The position numbers and the translations under genes were made by a program. Below the pieces are notes generated by a model that saw only the letters and a list, made by a program, of their open reading frames with translations, was not told the origin of the DNA and made no database searches. From Schizochytrium sp. TIO01 (Eukaryota > Protista > Bigyra: Labyrinthulomycetes), in assembly GCA_004764695.1 (NCBI GenBank), contig SMSO01000031.1, forward strand, positions 5,060,436 to 5,124,435: 64,000 nucleotides of DNA, given 5' to 3'. Of the stretch, positions 26,839 to 38,742 are shown piece after piece (the stretch's first letter is position 1; every line of letters starts with the position of its first letter).

Positions 26839-26919
26839 CGAGGCGAGCCGGACTCGAACCGACGCAGCTGACGCTAATTGATTTCTAGTCAATCCCCTTA
26901 ACCGCTCGGGCATCGCCCC
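26839..26919 (-). tRNA. tRNA-Ser(AGA) copy 13
   Basis: Identical to copy 1. Confidence 0.97.
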
Positions 26920-27206
26920 AGAGATGGCTAGTTGCCATTTCCTTGAAGGTATGTGGGTTACTGGTACAATATAAATACAAACAGTACTGATTTTTCCCGC
27001 CAAACCTGCAAAACCGCCCAACCTCCACTTTTTGTGTACTTCTATGATCAGTAGAGAAAAATCAAAAGGATTACATAGTATTACCTACTACCTACTACAA
27101 ATGATCTCCAGTATCTCCATCAAAAAAGACATTTTGACGCTTGGCTGCACTCACTGCGTCTGCGATTCTTGAGGCAGACATTGATTGGGAACGTGAGGTC
27201 GCCACC

Positions 27207-28670
27207 ATGCCCGGAACTGCTACAGGCGGCAAGAGATGGGTGTGCGAAAGACTTTTGAGGCTTGAGTCGGGTCGCGTGGTTGGATGCTTTCTCTTAGATG
27301 ACGTGCACCTCGTGGTGGTCCTGGAGCCCAGCGGAGGGTCGCTCACGTACAGCTTGGCCGGGGATGGCCAGGTGAGACGAGAGCTTACACGATTCATTAG
27401 CAGGAGGCTGCAGCAACCGGTTCGTGAGCTTGTTTCGTTTCGTAATAGGCTGGCCCAAGAACCTTACGTGTGCCTGGAGCTCACACGGAAAGATGAAGTG
27501 CTTGAGATTGACCAACGTATTAATACTGTGCGCTGGCCAATGGATGCCAACGCTGTGGAAACTGTTGATGGGAATAAAAATCACCGCTGTATTCACTCTA
27601 TCGAGGGCGCCGCAGTACTCTCTGTATCCCTCGAGGCAGAAACTTTCACCGTGGAGACCTTGACTCCGTTACCGCTTGCATATAGTAAGCAGACTCGGCA
27701 ATACACCACCATTCGACAAATGTATTTTATTGATGAAGCACCTCACAAGTATAAGCGCCCTCTTGCTGTTGCACAAGGTAAACTTTTGGACGGTCGTGAC
27801 GATGGAGTTCTACTCTCTTATGTAAGCGAGGATCTTCCGCGTACGCCGATGGATGCACATGAGCCAAGCTGGTCTGACATGGATCGAATTCAAGATATGA
27901 TATTGGAGCTATGTGCTGCCCCTGAAACTGCCTTGCCCTGTATAGAGCGTGTTTGCTTTGAGTGGTCTCCTGCAGCGACATACAGATGGTCTTCAGCACA
28001 GAAAGAAATGCAAGTAAGTATCGTTGCTGATGGATCAATGTTAACTGTCGGTCGTAACGGTTTCTTCAATCATCGATTTATTGAAGGCGAGCGCTGGTAT
28101 GCACCTGATGGTGTGCCACGCGTAATCCGTTGTTTTTCGGATATTGCGCCTTACGAACTTCAACCTATAGCAGATCATGCAGCACGACTGAATGGTCCTC
28201 AGCAGCAAGCGCTAAAGTCGACTGAAGCAGGAGGAAACCCTGCAACATCAACAGTTTCTACCCATTACAGCTACAGCGAACCTTTGCGTGTAGTGGAGGT
28301 TCAGAATGTTCGAGGAATAGGTCGCTTTACATATCTTTCCGATGACAGTGTTAAGGTTGTTTTCCATGACCGTACTATATTATCCTCGGACTCAGGCTTT
28401 CACAAGTGTGAGCTGATCTCTGCAGATGATGCAATGTCTTGTATTGTAAATACTAAAAACCCTTGCTCTGCAAGCAGGTATGTCCGTAAAGCTGAACAGT
28501 TCTTAGCTTGGGCGCGTAAAGCAGGAGAACCGGGTGTGCCGGTGCGTTTTACGGATCCGGATCCTCTTGTGCGGGCTCAATTAGATGGTGCGCTCCACGC
28601 ACTACGAGCGCAGAGACTGCATTTGCATCTTCACCTCCAACGGTTATCGGTACAACTTAATTTCACATGA
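27207..28670 (+). CDS. C5orf34-like protein (DUF4524/DUF4520 domains)
   Basis: RELTRFISRRLQQPVRELVSFRN and VRGIGRFTYLSDDSVKVVFHDRTIL resemble the C5orf34 domains; GCCACCATG start at 27207. Confidence 0.7.
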   Translation: MPGTATGGKRWVCERLLRLESGRVVGCFLLDDVHLVVVLEPSGGSLTYSLAGDGQVRRELTRFISRRLQQPVRELVSFRNRLAQEPYVCLELTRKDEVLEIDQRINTVRWPMDANAVETVDGNKNHRCIHSIEGAAVLSVSLEAETFTVETLTPLPLAYSKQTRQYTTIRQMYFIDEAPHKYKRPLAVAQGKLLDGRDDGVLLSYVSEDLPRTPMDAHEPSWSDMDRIQDMILELCAAPETALPCIERVCFEWSPAATYRWSSAQKEMQVSIVADGSMLTVGRNGFFNHRFIEGERWYAPDGVPRVIRCFSDIAPYELQPIADHAARLNGPQQQALKSTEAGGNPATSTVSTHYSYSEPLRVVEVQNVRGIGRFTYLSDDSVKVVFHDRTILSSDSGFHKCELISADDAMSCIVNTKNPCSASRYVRKAEQFLAWARKAGEPGVPVRFTDPDPLVRAQLDGALHALRAQRLHLHLHLQRLSVQLNFT

Positions 28671-31600
28671 TTCCACCACCCCCATAGTATAAACTGTAAA
28701 TTATATGGTATGGTTAATCTTAATATGAGTCATTAAAAACCTATCTTTCGTACAAGGAAAGCTGTCAATTCTTGGGATTTGCATACATCTGTTTTTGGCC
28801 TTTTTAAATTCTTTTTTAAAATTCAAATTTTAAAATAGAATAAAAAAGAAGATTATAATTTTGTAATTCTGCCATGACTTTGAATCACAAGAGCTTCTGA
28901 GAATGGAAATAACCACTAGAACCTGTGAATTTGAAAGGTCTCTATATAGGTTCACAAATATATGGAGTCTCAATTTGTGATTCGTGTTAGCCCTGCGCTG
29001 GCTACCATTCCAGTTCAAGATTGCGGCCAGATATCGATATCTGGCAGTTAAAAAATGTGTATATAATTGATGCAAATTTCGGAATCTTCACTCTGAGATA
29101 CGACTTGAAGATCAGCAGAACGTTTTCTCACATATCATATGCTTTCATTGGGCCTGTAAATCATGCTCGCCTATTTTTGCAGAGCTTCATCCCAGAGTTA
29201 TAGCTACGATGAGGTCAACCGTCAAAAGGGTCATATTTCGAGCTACCAACTAATACCAATCATACTTGAAAACATGACCCGGACCACCTCAGTCAGCCAG
29301 ACCATTCATTGCAGGTCCATCAGCTTCAACAACTAAAACGGACAGGTTGAAATGTCCATACCAAGCAACTTCAACTTAAAAGAGACTAATCCTTGGGAGA
29401 CTGTCCCGCCTTGGAAAGTAGACGACGTGTAAATCCCCTACGACATCATTTATCACCCTCGGCCTACCGTAGTGTCTGTACCTGTGTCCTCCAAAGACGC
29501 GCCTTCTCCTCATTTATTTCGGGAGAGGGAGAGGCTAAATTGTTAAATGCCAGGTTCGCGTTGTGTGTCGCTGACACTTCGCGTGAAGTCGCTAAATCTG
29601 CCAACTTTGTCATTTTAAAACATTTTTATGGGACCCATTCTGAAGGTTATCTGTTCAAGTTCTCATGGTAAAGTTCCATAACCTTACTGTGCCGCTTGCA
29701 TGTAGGTAGGTAGCTGCTACTACCTAGCCTGAAGTCATAGACAATGACCCAATGAGTGGTGAGGCTGCTAGGTAGTAAGTGTCTAGAATTGGCGCTGAGC
29801 TTTCTGATGCAAGTACCTTCGGTGAAACCTGCCATTACGCACAATCTGGAGGGCCCATATCATTGGAGATAACGTTGGATGATGGGTGATCGACAAGACA
29901 CTGCCAGCCTTTCATTTGAGAGGCACCCCCGAGAATGGGCATTGGAGATTGTTGTTAGTATGTGAAGGGCTTGGATTTATTTTCGCCCACCGATTGATGT
30001 TAGGTCGTTGTTACTGCTACCATTATTATGGTTCTCTGTATTTACGTGCAAACTCTTATGACTTCCCCTTCCTTAGCTTGTATGCCCAGAGGAAATGAGC
30101 ATTCTATTTCTTGCGGCTTGTTTGTATACATTTCTACAAGTTGTACTAGATATATAACATTATAATTTTAGAATGACGATAGAAACGGTTGTTTGACCAG
30201 CTTCAAGCAGCCAAAGTCCCGTCTTTGTCGATGGCAATACACGCAGCTGCAAACAAGCGAGTGAGCGAGCGAACGAGTAGGTACCGCATAATTAAACTTC
30301 GAAAAAAATAAATGCCTTTTCTAGCGCTACCTTGAGCTCTTCGCTCATTTTTGCACTTACTGACAGCAGCCCAGATCACCGTAATCTATTCCTCATGAAA
30401 ATGAAGCAGGCTCATAGACTTCAAGTCAGTTGGCATTGGCATTGGCAACCACCCAAACTCTCTACCTTGTAGGAAATGTTTCTAGGTAGTAAGTAGTCAT
30501 GCCAACTGTTGGCGATGATGAGCAAGCTGCATACAATATAGGGAACAACTGCCATCTGCAGAGAGTAGATATCGAGACCAGTGGCTGCACAGCCGGAGTG
30601 TCGGGTGCTGTAAATAGTAAAATCAGTTGAGGATCATGAAGCACAATCTTTGCACCTTAGGTGCTGGCTCGAGCAGACAATCGCTGCCTCGTGTGTAATA
30701 CTTAGGTGTACCTTCAAGTCGGCATAATAATACTTATGCCAGTCCTTTGTTTCCTAACTTCCATTTAAAATAATGTCTTTTTATCGTATGAATACTTTTC
30801 TATGATTATAAATAACTGCTGCCGCTCTCCTCGTCTATCCATCTTCGTCTCCTCTGCAGAGTCTCGCAACTGAGCACCATGGTCTTCATCGTAGTATTTA
30901 TTCCACAATGTGGCAGGCATGGTATGAACGCAACCACTGCATCGCCAACACGGGCGTACAGGTAGTCCAGCTTTGCGAGTGAGGCAATATCTCAAGCGTG
31001 CGGCAACGCCTCGCACAGCAAGGCTTTGATTGAAGAGTTCAACTTGTAAAGAGGAAGGCTGTCAAAGAGCAGATGACAAAAAATACTAAAAAACAATCTC
31101 TGAAAAAAAAAGAAAAAAAAGAAAAAAAAGAAAGAAACGTTTTTGATTTGAGAAAAAAAGAGTAAATAAAACTGAAAACAAGAGAAGAAAAAGGGTTGAC
31201 GGATCGCTCGTAATCTGTCAGCCCTTAGAGAATTTAACTTCATGCCCTGGAGTCGAGCACCCGCCGATGGTTTTAGAGCATGTTTTGAGTATATAAGGGC
31301 CACTCTAGGCCCTCAGCCTGTTTTCTGGTGGCTGGACGTTTGGGGTGATCATTTTAATTTATAAGTTTTATTCATTAATTAAAATACTGTTATAGTAACA
31401 CTGTGCAAATTGACCGCACATTGGACTATTATAGGGTGGGAAAACACTGCTTTAAATTGAAAAACAAAAACCAAAAAGCACCGCCAAAAAACTAGTGCTA
31501 CTAGGTTAGGTACATCAAACTTAAGTGTGCCTAGCCAGGTACCAGTAAGTGAGGTTTCACCAACAAAATCGAGAATCGTGTGGTCGGAGCTTAAGCTACG

Positions 31601-33547
31601 CTCACCGTCATAACGAGGGTTTCTTCCTTTTAAATAGACCCACCGGGCAATAACATGCTTTCTTTTTTTTTTTGCTATTCACTTGCTAAAGCCCAGTGAG
31701 TGATACCTACCTAGCTATCAGGCCGTATATGCGTGAATTTCTGGCTGCAAGGGTCTCGCGATTGGTCGCTATCTGAGTGGGTAATTAGCTATCTACTCCA
31801 TGTGCTATTGCGGCGCTGCGATCGGTATTCACATCGAAGGGGATATTACTCAGTAACTAATTAACACCGGAAATACTTAATTTTGTCACATTCATAATCA
31901 CTGGCGATGGAGCATTGTGCGATACTATGCTACCCCTTCGGGTCCCTAGTCGAGCTATATGGTTTCAGCTAGTTAGCTAGCTATAGCTAGATGGCGGCTG
32001 GCTGGCAGCCTCGCCTTCACACGGGAAGATTGAAGAATGAATCATGATGTGATACAATTCTTAGGATGAATCAGAGACTCGAGAGCCCGAGATAATCAAT
32101 TGAGCAAGCATTCAATCAGTCGATTGGTAACAATCATGAGTATGCCAATCATAAATTCACTGCATCGTGTTGAAGTACCAAGCTAGCTAGCTACCTGTAG
32201 AGAGATCCAGAGACTCCATGAGCTAGCTAGCTGCCCTTAGATTAGCGCTAGGGGCAGGTAGGTAGATGGTAGCGGGTGCTTATTTGTAGAACAAATTAAT
32301 TAATTGAATGAATGAATGAATGAACTGAGAGATAGCATCTGACTAGACTTATCGCTATGGCTGGGGACTGGCTGACTGAGTAGCGGTGTCGCTGAGCAAT
32401 TTGCGGCGAGGAGAACCACCAGAGCGACGACGATAACGACGGCGGCGACGGCGACGACGATGTGGACGGCGTTGACGACGGTGGCGAGCCGACCACGAGC
32501 ACCGAAAGCCTTGGGGCAAGCAAGCAAGCCTCCTTAGTTAGCAGATAGATACCTGAGGCAGGAGATGTAGCTGTAGTCTAGAACCACCCTCAAAGGAAAT
32601 AAGCTGTGGCTGGGCATTGGCTATGCGTTCTTTAGGATGCCTAAAGGGTTAGTGTTCAAGAGAATATAGTTTCCTCTAGCATAGGTGCTATGAATAAGTC
32701 GCTTTGAACTTGAAATAAAAGTAAATTGTTTAGCCTTTATTGTTAAAAAAGAAAGAAAAAATATGTTTTTATTTGTATATATATTTTTTTTAATTAAAAA
32801 AACATATTTTAAAATATATAAATTAAATCCTAACCTATCCTATTCAATTCTATTCAATTCTATTCTATTTGTTTTCTCCTCGTCGCGCTTACTACCTTTT
32901 CCTCAGGCATTCCTTGTTTTTTAAAGAAACCACTGCTACTGGAGAATACCCTGGGGTGGAGGTAGCAAGTAGTGCGATGCTCTAGCTTGTAATTTTGGAT
33001 ATGATATACATAGATACCTAAATACAGGTACATGCGTGGTTGGTATGTAAGTTTTACAATGTAGGTAGTTCGTGAAAGCTTTTCAACTTCAAAAGAAGCA
33101 GCAAACAATTCGTCGCTCAAAAAGCCCCTTTCTACTTTTTTTCCTCCTCCACATCCATTCGCTTACGAGAAAGAGTTCCAAGGCCCCGATAGCCGAACAA
33201 AACCGGTGTCTCGCTTGCTTGCTGTAACATGCCAGTGGCAGGCCTGGAGGCGTATGCCTGTATGCATGCATGTATGTATGTATGTATGTATGTATGTATG
33301 TGCCTTCGTGGACGAGGCTTCTCCAAAAAAACCGTCATTTGCGGCACGAGATATCAGCGGTGCGCCTCTTTCTTCTTGTCCCGACTGGAGCTGGAAATAG
33401 GTTAGAGAATGAACTAAGTCGGTCCTCAATTGGTAAGAATTAATTCATTCTCTTATCGATGGTTCTTTGGGTTTTATCATTGAAAAAAGAAAAAGAAGAT
33501 GGCTAGTTCCGGGCTTAGGCCGCGTCTAGCGATCAACAAAAAGATCC

Positions 33548-33624
33548 CATTCATTCATTCATTCATTCATTCATTCATTCATTCATTCATTCATTCATTC
33601 ATTCATTCATTCATTCATTCATTC
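33548..33624. repeat. (ATTC)n microsatellite, about 19 units
   Basis: Perfect run; nearby (GTAT)n at ~33271-33300 and (TGAT)n at ~34200-34241. Confidence 0.95.
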
Positions 33625-34199
33625 GATAGCCCTTCAGCAGGCATTGAGGTTGATTCATTTGAAGACCTTGCTCGGGGGCTAGCTGCTCTTCCACCAATAT
33701 CCAGCCATCGTCATCCTCATTTATGGCAAGCCTGTTGAAGTTCCCGACGATTGCTTCTGCCAGAGCTGGCTGGGGTTGCTGGAGTGATTGATTTGCATGG
33801 TCTTCTGCAAACTTGTAACTTTGAGCGAATGAATCGCGAGCGAATTGGAGAAAAAAAGAAAAGAAAAGAAGAAAAGAAAAGAAGAAAAGAAAAGAAATTC
33901 TTTTCCCGAATGAGTGAAGCGAGCGTGAGGACTCTGAGGAGGGTGGCAGGATATCGGCCCTAGCGGACTTGTGTATCCGCAGTAATACCGCTGAGTTCGG
34001 GGTCCCCTCTGTCTCTTATTGTAGGCACGCTCGAGTGCGGATGGATGGATGGATGCCGCGACCAGAGAAGGAGGGAACTCACTCACTCACTCACTCACTC
34101 AGCTAACTAAGTTTTAAGCCTCATCTCTCCCGCGTTCTATGATGCTGCTATGATCAGACAATCAGTTCTATGGAGGCCGGTCATTGTTAAATCAATTGG

Positions 34200-34241
<42 letters not shown>

Positions 34242-35213
34242 AAGGATCGATTGTTTGTCTGTCATTTATTTATAATTGGAGGTGATTGATTGATTGATTG
34301 AATGTGAATGAATGAATGAATGAATATGATTGAATGAATGAGTGATCATGATGGAATGAGCGAATGAATATGGTTGAATACGATTGAATACGATTGAATG
34401 TGAATGAATGATTGAAGGATAGCCACCTTGCAGAGGGAACCAGAGGCAGAGAGCGTGAGAGAGAGAGCTAAGAAGCGAATACGTGAATGGCAATGAGTGG
34501 GTGGGAGGTGGGCTGTCTGTCTGTCTGCCATGCCACTGGCTTAGAACCATGAGGAGACAGGTTTTTAAGGTTATAAAAGAAAATGAAAGGTGCCAGAGGG
34601 ACCGAATGAAAGAAATGGCGAAAGAGAGACAGAGAGGGAGAGAGGCAGAGAGGCAGAGAGGCAGAGAGGGAGGGAGATAACAGGAGAGAGAGGGAGGGAG
34701 GTATATTTTTTAATCTTTAATTTTGTTTTATTTTAATAGTGGGAGGGAGAGAGAAGAAGGGCCGAGAGGGCGACAGAGGGAGAAGAGGGAGAAAAAGAAA
34801 ACAAAAAGAAAATAAAAAAGAAATAAAAAGAAAAGAAAAAAGAAAAGGAAGAAGAGGAGAATGAGTGATCGAGCGACAGAGCAGCAGTCGCTTTAGCAGG
34901 AGTGGAGTCGAGGAGCATCGAGCGTGGGGTCAGAGCTAGGTTGCGTTTGCAGGGCTGAGGATAGAGGAGCGAGGATCAAAGCGTAGCTGGCAGACTCGCT
35001 TGAAGGCGGGTCGTTAGCTGTGCTAGGTAGGCCAACTCGGTTTGCGCGAAGAGCAGGCACGAACTAGGCATCCATCACGTGCTTTCCCTTCAGGGCCCGG
35101 GCCCAACACCACTTCTCGACCACGAGCTGACAAGTTAGAAGGCGCCCCGCGCGGCGGTGCGCGGCGCCGTAGGTTACGCACTGCTTGCGTAGACCATTTG
35201 TTTGCTGGATTAG

Positions 35214-35684
35214 CTACTAAAGTCGTGGCTGGTTGCGGTAAGCGGTTTGCGCAGCGGGTCTCAAGCGGTTCGTCAGGAGCGAGCGAGCGTTGACACAGCG
35301 TATACACTGGGAGCGGATTCCAGGGACTTGCTAGCATATCCCTGTACCTGGATTGAGCGTTTTCGTGAGTACTTTAAGTTACTTTGCTTGCCCTTTCCCT
35401 CGGTTGCCTACTTTATCCGTCTCGTTATTTTTAGTTTGCATATCTGCCTTTGCTTTTGCAAACCTTGTTTTCGAGTCTGTGTCCAGGTAACTACACGAAT
35501 CCACTTGGGATTATTTGTTGAATTGGCCGGACTCCTTGCCCATCACTTATTATCTGTCGTTTCGAGTGTAAGGTTCTCCCTTGCGTGGTTTTTAATAGCC
35601 TACCACCCCGTAAGAAAGCGAGCAACTTTTGCATTCCATCCGTACAACCTACTTTTGAGGGCAGCGAAGAAGAAATACATTTGA
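35214..35684 (+). promoter_or_regulatory. Candidate non-AUG uORF in the ATG-free AdoMetDC leader
   Basis: 156 sense codons without ATG (near-cognate CTG at 35229, TTG at 35247), ending ...AYHPVRKRATFAFHPYNLLLRAAKKKYI-TGA; no ATG anywhere on + from 34864 to 35918. Confidence 0.55.
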
Positions 35685-35918
35685 ACGAAAAGGGTCCGCG
35701 TACCACCTTTTCAACAAGCCACCTTTTTTGAGAACCTTTTATAATACAACCGTCACCACAAACACAAAAACTACCTGTACGAGGCATACTTGCTTATACA
35801 TTCAATATAAAAAAGACAAAAAGCATTAAGCCAACAAGAAAGCACACGTAATCCTTGTACGTTCGTGTTTGTGTGAGTGTGAGCGGAGCTAAATCAGCTC
35901 TTCTTGAACTAGTACTAC

Positions 35919-37091
35919 ATGCAGAAGAGTCTGAGCGGCTATTTGGTCTTGCCACGCGAATCCTCGCCGTCTGCTGAAGCCATGGAGGCCAAGACCGCAG
36001 GAGGAGTCTGCCCGACTATGGAGCAGATCCAGGAGAACACGCAGCAACCTGGAGACGCGGCTGCCGGGGGCCAACTCGTCGGAGGCTTTGAAGGCCCGGA
36101 GAAAATCCTGGAAATCGACTTCAACCCTGAAGTCGGAGAGTCCTTGCGCAAGCTCGATCGTGAGACTTGGGACGCGATTCTCGACCTGGCTAGGTGCCAG
36201 ATCCTGAGTAAGGTGTCCAATGAGTTTCTCGACGCGTACGTGCTCTCTGAGAGTAGTCTATTTGTGTACAGTCACAAGGCCTTTATCAAGACCTGCGGAA
36301 CGACTACGCTGCTGCGATGCCTTCCTCTTCTCCTCGAAGAGGCTGAGAAGCTCGGCATGGAGCTCCAGTGGATCGGCTACACGCGCAAGAACTTCATCTT
36401 CCCTGAAGATCAAGTGTTCCCTCATTCTTCCTTTGCTCAGGAAATTGAGTATACTAAAAAGTGCTTTGGCCCCAAGGGTGAGCCCCTCACTGGTGGAGCT
36501 TACATCCTCGGCGACCTTCTTGCCGACCATTGGTATGTCTACGTGTCCGACTACTGCGATGAAAACCAAAGTTCTGAGCGTAACGTAAACATCATGATGT
36601 ACGACCTCGACCCCGATGTCTGCCAGGGCTTCTACCGCCAGCCCACTCTTGACCTCGAAGCCGATGCCAACCGTGCTGCTTATGAGGTCGCTAAGATTAA
36701 CGAGCTTTGCGGACCCAACGCAATTGTTGATGACCGTATGTTTGAGCCTTGCGGCTACTCCCTCAACGCGATTGAGGGCGAGAGCTTCTACACTCTTCAT
36801 GTGACCCCCGAGCCCGAGTATAGCTATGCTTCCTTTGAGACCAACCTCGAGGTTCCCGACTATACTGATCTCATTGCTAAGACTCTTCGTGCTTTCCGCC
36901 CGAAGCGTTTTGCCATCACCATGTTTGCCGATGAAGCCGCGCTTGAGAAGATCCGCAGTTGCCCAACCCAGCTCACCTCTGTTGCTGCTGGATGCACCTA
37001 CAAGCGCCAGACTCAATCTACCACTTGCATCCGTGCCGACTACGCTTGCCGTATGTCCGTCTACACCATCGAAGGTGAAACCTCTTCTTGA
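35919..37091 (+). CDS. AMD1: S-adenosylmethionine decarboxylase proenzyme (eukaryotic type)
   Basis: Motifs FEGPEK, YVLSE|SS pyruvoyl cleavage site, KTCGTT, FEPCGYS, HVTPE, YASFETN; stronger-context start gccATGg at 35982. Confidence 0.97.
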   Translation: MQKSLSGYLVLPRESSPSAEAMEAKTAGGVCPTMEQIQENTQQPGDAAAGGQLVGGFEGPEKILEIDFNPEVGESLRKLDRETWDAILDLARCQILSKVSNEFLDAYVLSESSLFVYSHKAFIKTCGTTTLLRCLPLLLEEAEKLGMELQWIGYTRKNFIFPEDQVFPHSSFAQEIEYTKKCFGPKGEPLTGGAYILGDLLADHWYVYVSDYCDENQSSERNVNIMMYDLDPDVCQGFYRQPTLDLEADANRAAYEVAKINELCGPNAIVDDRMFEPCGYSLNAIEGESFYTLHVTPEPEYSYASFETNLEVPDYTDLIAKTLRAFRPKRFAITMFADEAALEKIRSCPTQLTSVAAGCTYKRQTQSTTCIRADYACRMSVYTIEGETSS

Positions 37092-37752
37092 CACGAGCAC
37101 TCCAATACTTCGAGCATTCATATTTTAATAATTGCAGCATCGTCTTGTCGTTCTCTAATTCCCCCTTTCCCAATTGACAATCAATATATTCTTTCATATA
37201 TATGTCGCGCCTCACACGTTTAGATTTCCTTGTCTTCCTCTTAGTGCATACATAATTTCCTGCACAAGCTTGTCCATGAAATTCTAATAGATAGGTTCCA
37301 TTTTAGCTCTTTGGTCAAGCAGTACCCAGAGAGGGAAAATACTGATGATCAAATCGTCCTCCTTGCCAGATAGATAGCCATCAAACTTGCCGAAAGCAAG
37401 CAAAGTGCTGTTACAGCACTACTTCGAGGTGGTTCATGCTCTTCTCTGTCACCCTCCAGGCTATTGAAAGAAGCAGCCAAACATATATATTCATGCATTA
37501 CATCCTAGTCTGCATGATTGGTCACCCATTCCACTGACTTTTCTGATGCATGCAAGAAGTTCTGTCCTGTCCTTGCCTTCTCTCGTATGGGAGAGCAAGT
37601 GAAATGAAATAAAAACCTTACTCTAGGAGTACCCTATTTATGTCCTAGCCATCAGCTACGGATAAAGTAAAATAAAACAGAAAGTTGCTCTTTGTCACCA
37701 GTGAGAACATGACCATTAGAAGCAAACCAGAAAGCAAAATCGGTGGACAACC

Positions 37753-38742
37753 ATGAACAAGTCCATGGAGAACACCAACCAGCCAGATGAGGGTGCTCAA
37801 AGCAGCCGCGAGGATGTTTTGATCGCGTTGTCTAGCGCCGCTGCGGCAGATGCGGCGTTGGCTGGCTCTGACGATCATGGCCAAGGTAGTGGTGGAGGCA
37901 GCAATCTGTGCGACATGTGTGGAAAGCTCGAGAGCAAGTATAAGTGCCCTGGCTGCGATACTCGTACGTGTGGCCTTGCATGCGTCAAGTCTCACAAGGA
38001 AAAGTTATCCTGCGATGGAAAGCGAAAGCGTACAGCCTTTGTTGGAATGAAGGAGTTCTCAGATCGCCATTTGCGCAGTGACATGCGGTTTTTGGAGGAT
38101 CTCGGGCGTGAAAGTGGTGCCGCAGCACGAAAACGTCGCGCAGTAGAGGGAGATTCGGGATCAGGTGTTACTACAGGTCCTCCAAGGGCCGGCAAGCGCC
38201 GCCAGAGGGGCCGGAGGGATGAGAGTGAAGGCGACGAAGCTGAATCGGCGCCCGCCTTGCCACGAAATTTAAAAGCACTCGTCGATGCCGCTGCCAAGCG
38301 TGATATTGACCTTCTTGTGATGCCGCAAGGAATGTCAAGGAGGAAAGAGAACTCCTCGCATGTGAACCACCGTAAGAAGGAGATTATTTGGCGTGTGGTG
38401 TGGCACGCGAGAGGCGATTCCTTCACAGATAAAGGGCTTGGTGAATCTGTGTCAATTTTGGAGGGTCTGCGCAGAAAATTGCCGCAGTGCACACCAACAA
38501 AGGTGCTCTTACGCGTCTGGGCAGGGTCCCCTGTCGAAGTGGACACTGCAAAGACACTTAAAGAAGCACTGTCGGGATGTAAGATCCTCGAGTTCCCTGA
38601 GTTTGAAATCATTGAACAAGAATTTTCCCAAAGCAGCCAAACTCAGACTGCAACATCTACCGAAGCCGCTCCAGAGGCCACTTCCGTAGAAGCCGACCAC
38701 GAGACCGACAAGGATGCTAAAGATGCAGTTCAAACCCTATGA
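37753..38742 (+). CDS. ZNHIT6: Box C/D snoRNA biogenesis protein BCD1 (HIT zinc finger)
   Basis: Motifs CDMC...KYKCPGCDTRTCGLACVKSHK...CDGKR, SDMRFLE, MPQGMSRRKENSS, IIWRVVW. Confidence 0.9.
   Translation: MNKSMENTNQPDEGAQSSREDVLIALSSAAAADAALAGSDDHGQGSGGGSNLCDMCGKLESKYKCPGCDTRTCGLACVKSHKEKLSCDGKRKRTAFVGMKEFSDRHLRSDMRFLEDLGRESGAAARKRRAVEGDSGSGVTTGPPRAGKRRQRGRRDESEGDEAESAPALPRNLKALVDAAAKRDIDLLVMPQGMSRRKENSSHVNHRKKEIIWRVVWHARGDSFTDKGLGESVSILEGLRRKLPQCTPTKVLLRVWAGSPVEVDTAKTLKEALSGCKILEFPEFEIIEQEFSQSSQTQTATSTEAAPEATSVEADHETDKDAKDAVQTL

Noticed and set aside
15300-27021. Many short ORFs sharing MPERLRGLTRNQLASAASVRVRLAS or RGEPDSNRRS
   Set aside because: These are spurious translations of the tRNA genes
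29000-34860. Short ORFs in the long intergenic region upstream of AdoMetDC
   Set aside because: Low-complexity or microsatellite-derived, with no codon bias or domain signal
35214-35829. A true ornithine decarboxylase antizyme gene
   Set aside because: ORF1 has no AUG, and the +1 ORF is only about 48 codons with no antizyme motifs
37753-38742. Functional linkage of BCD1 with the C/D snoRNA cluster
   Set aside because: About 20 kb and six unrelated genes apart; probably coincidence without synteny evidence
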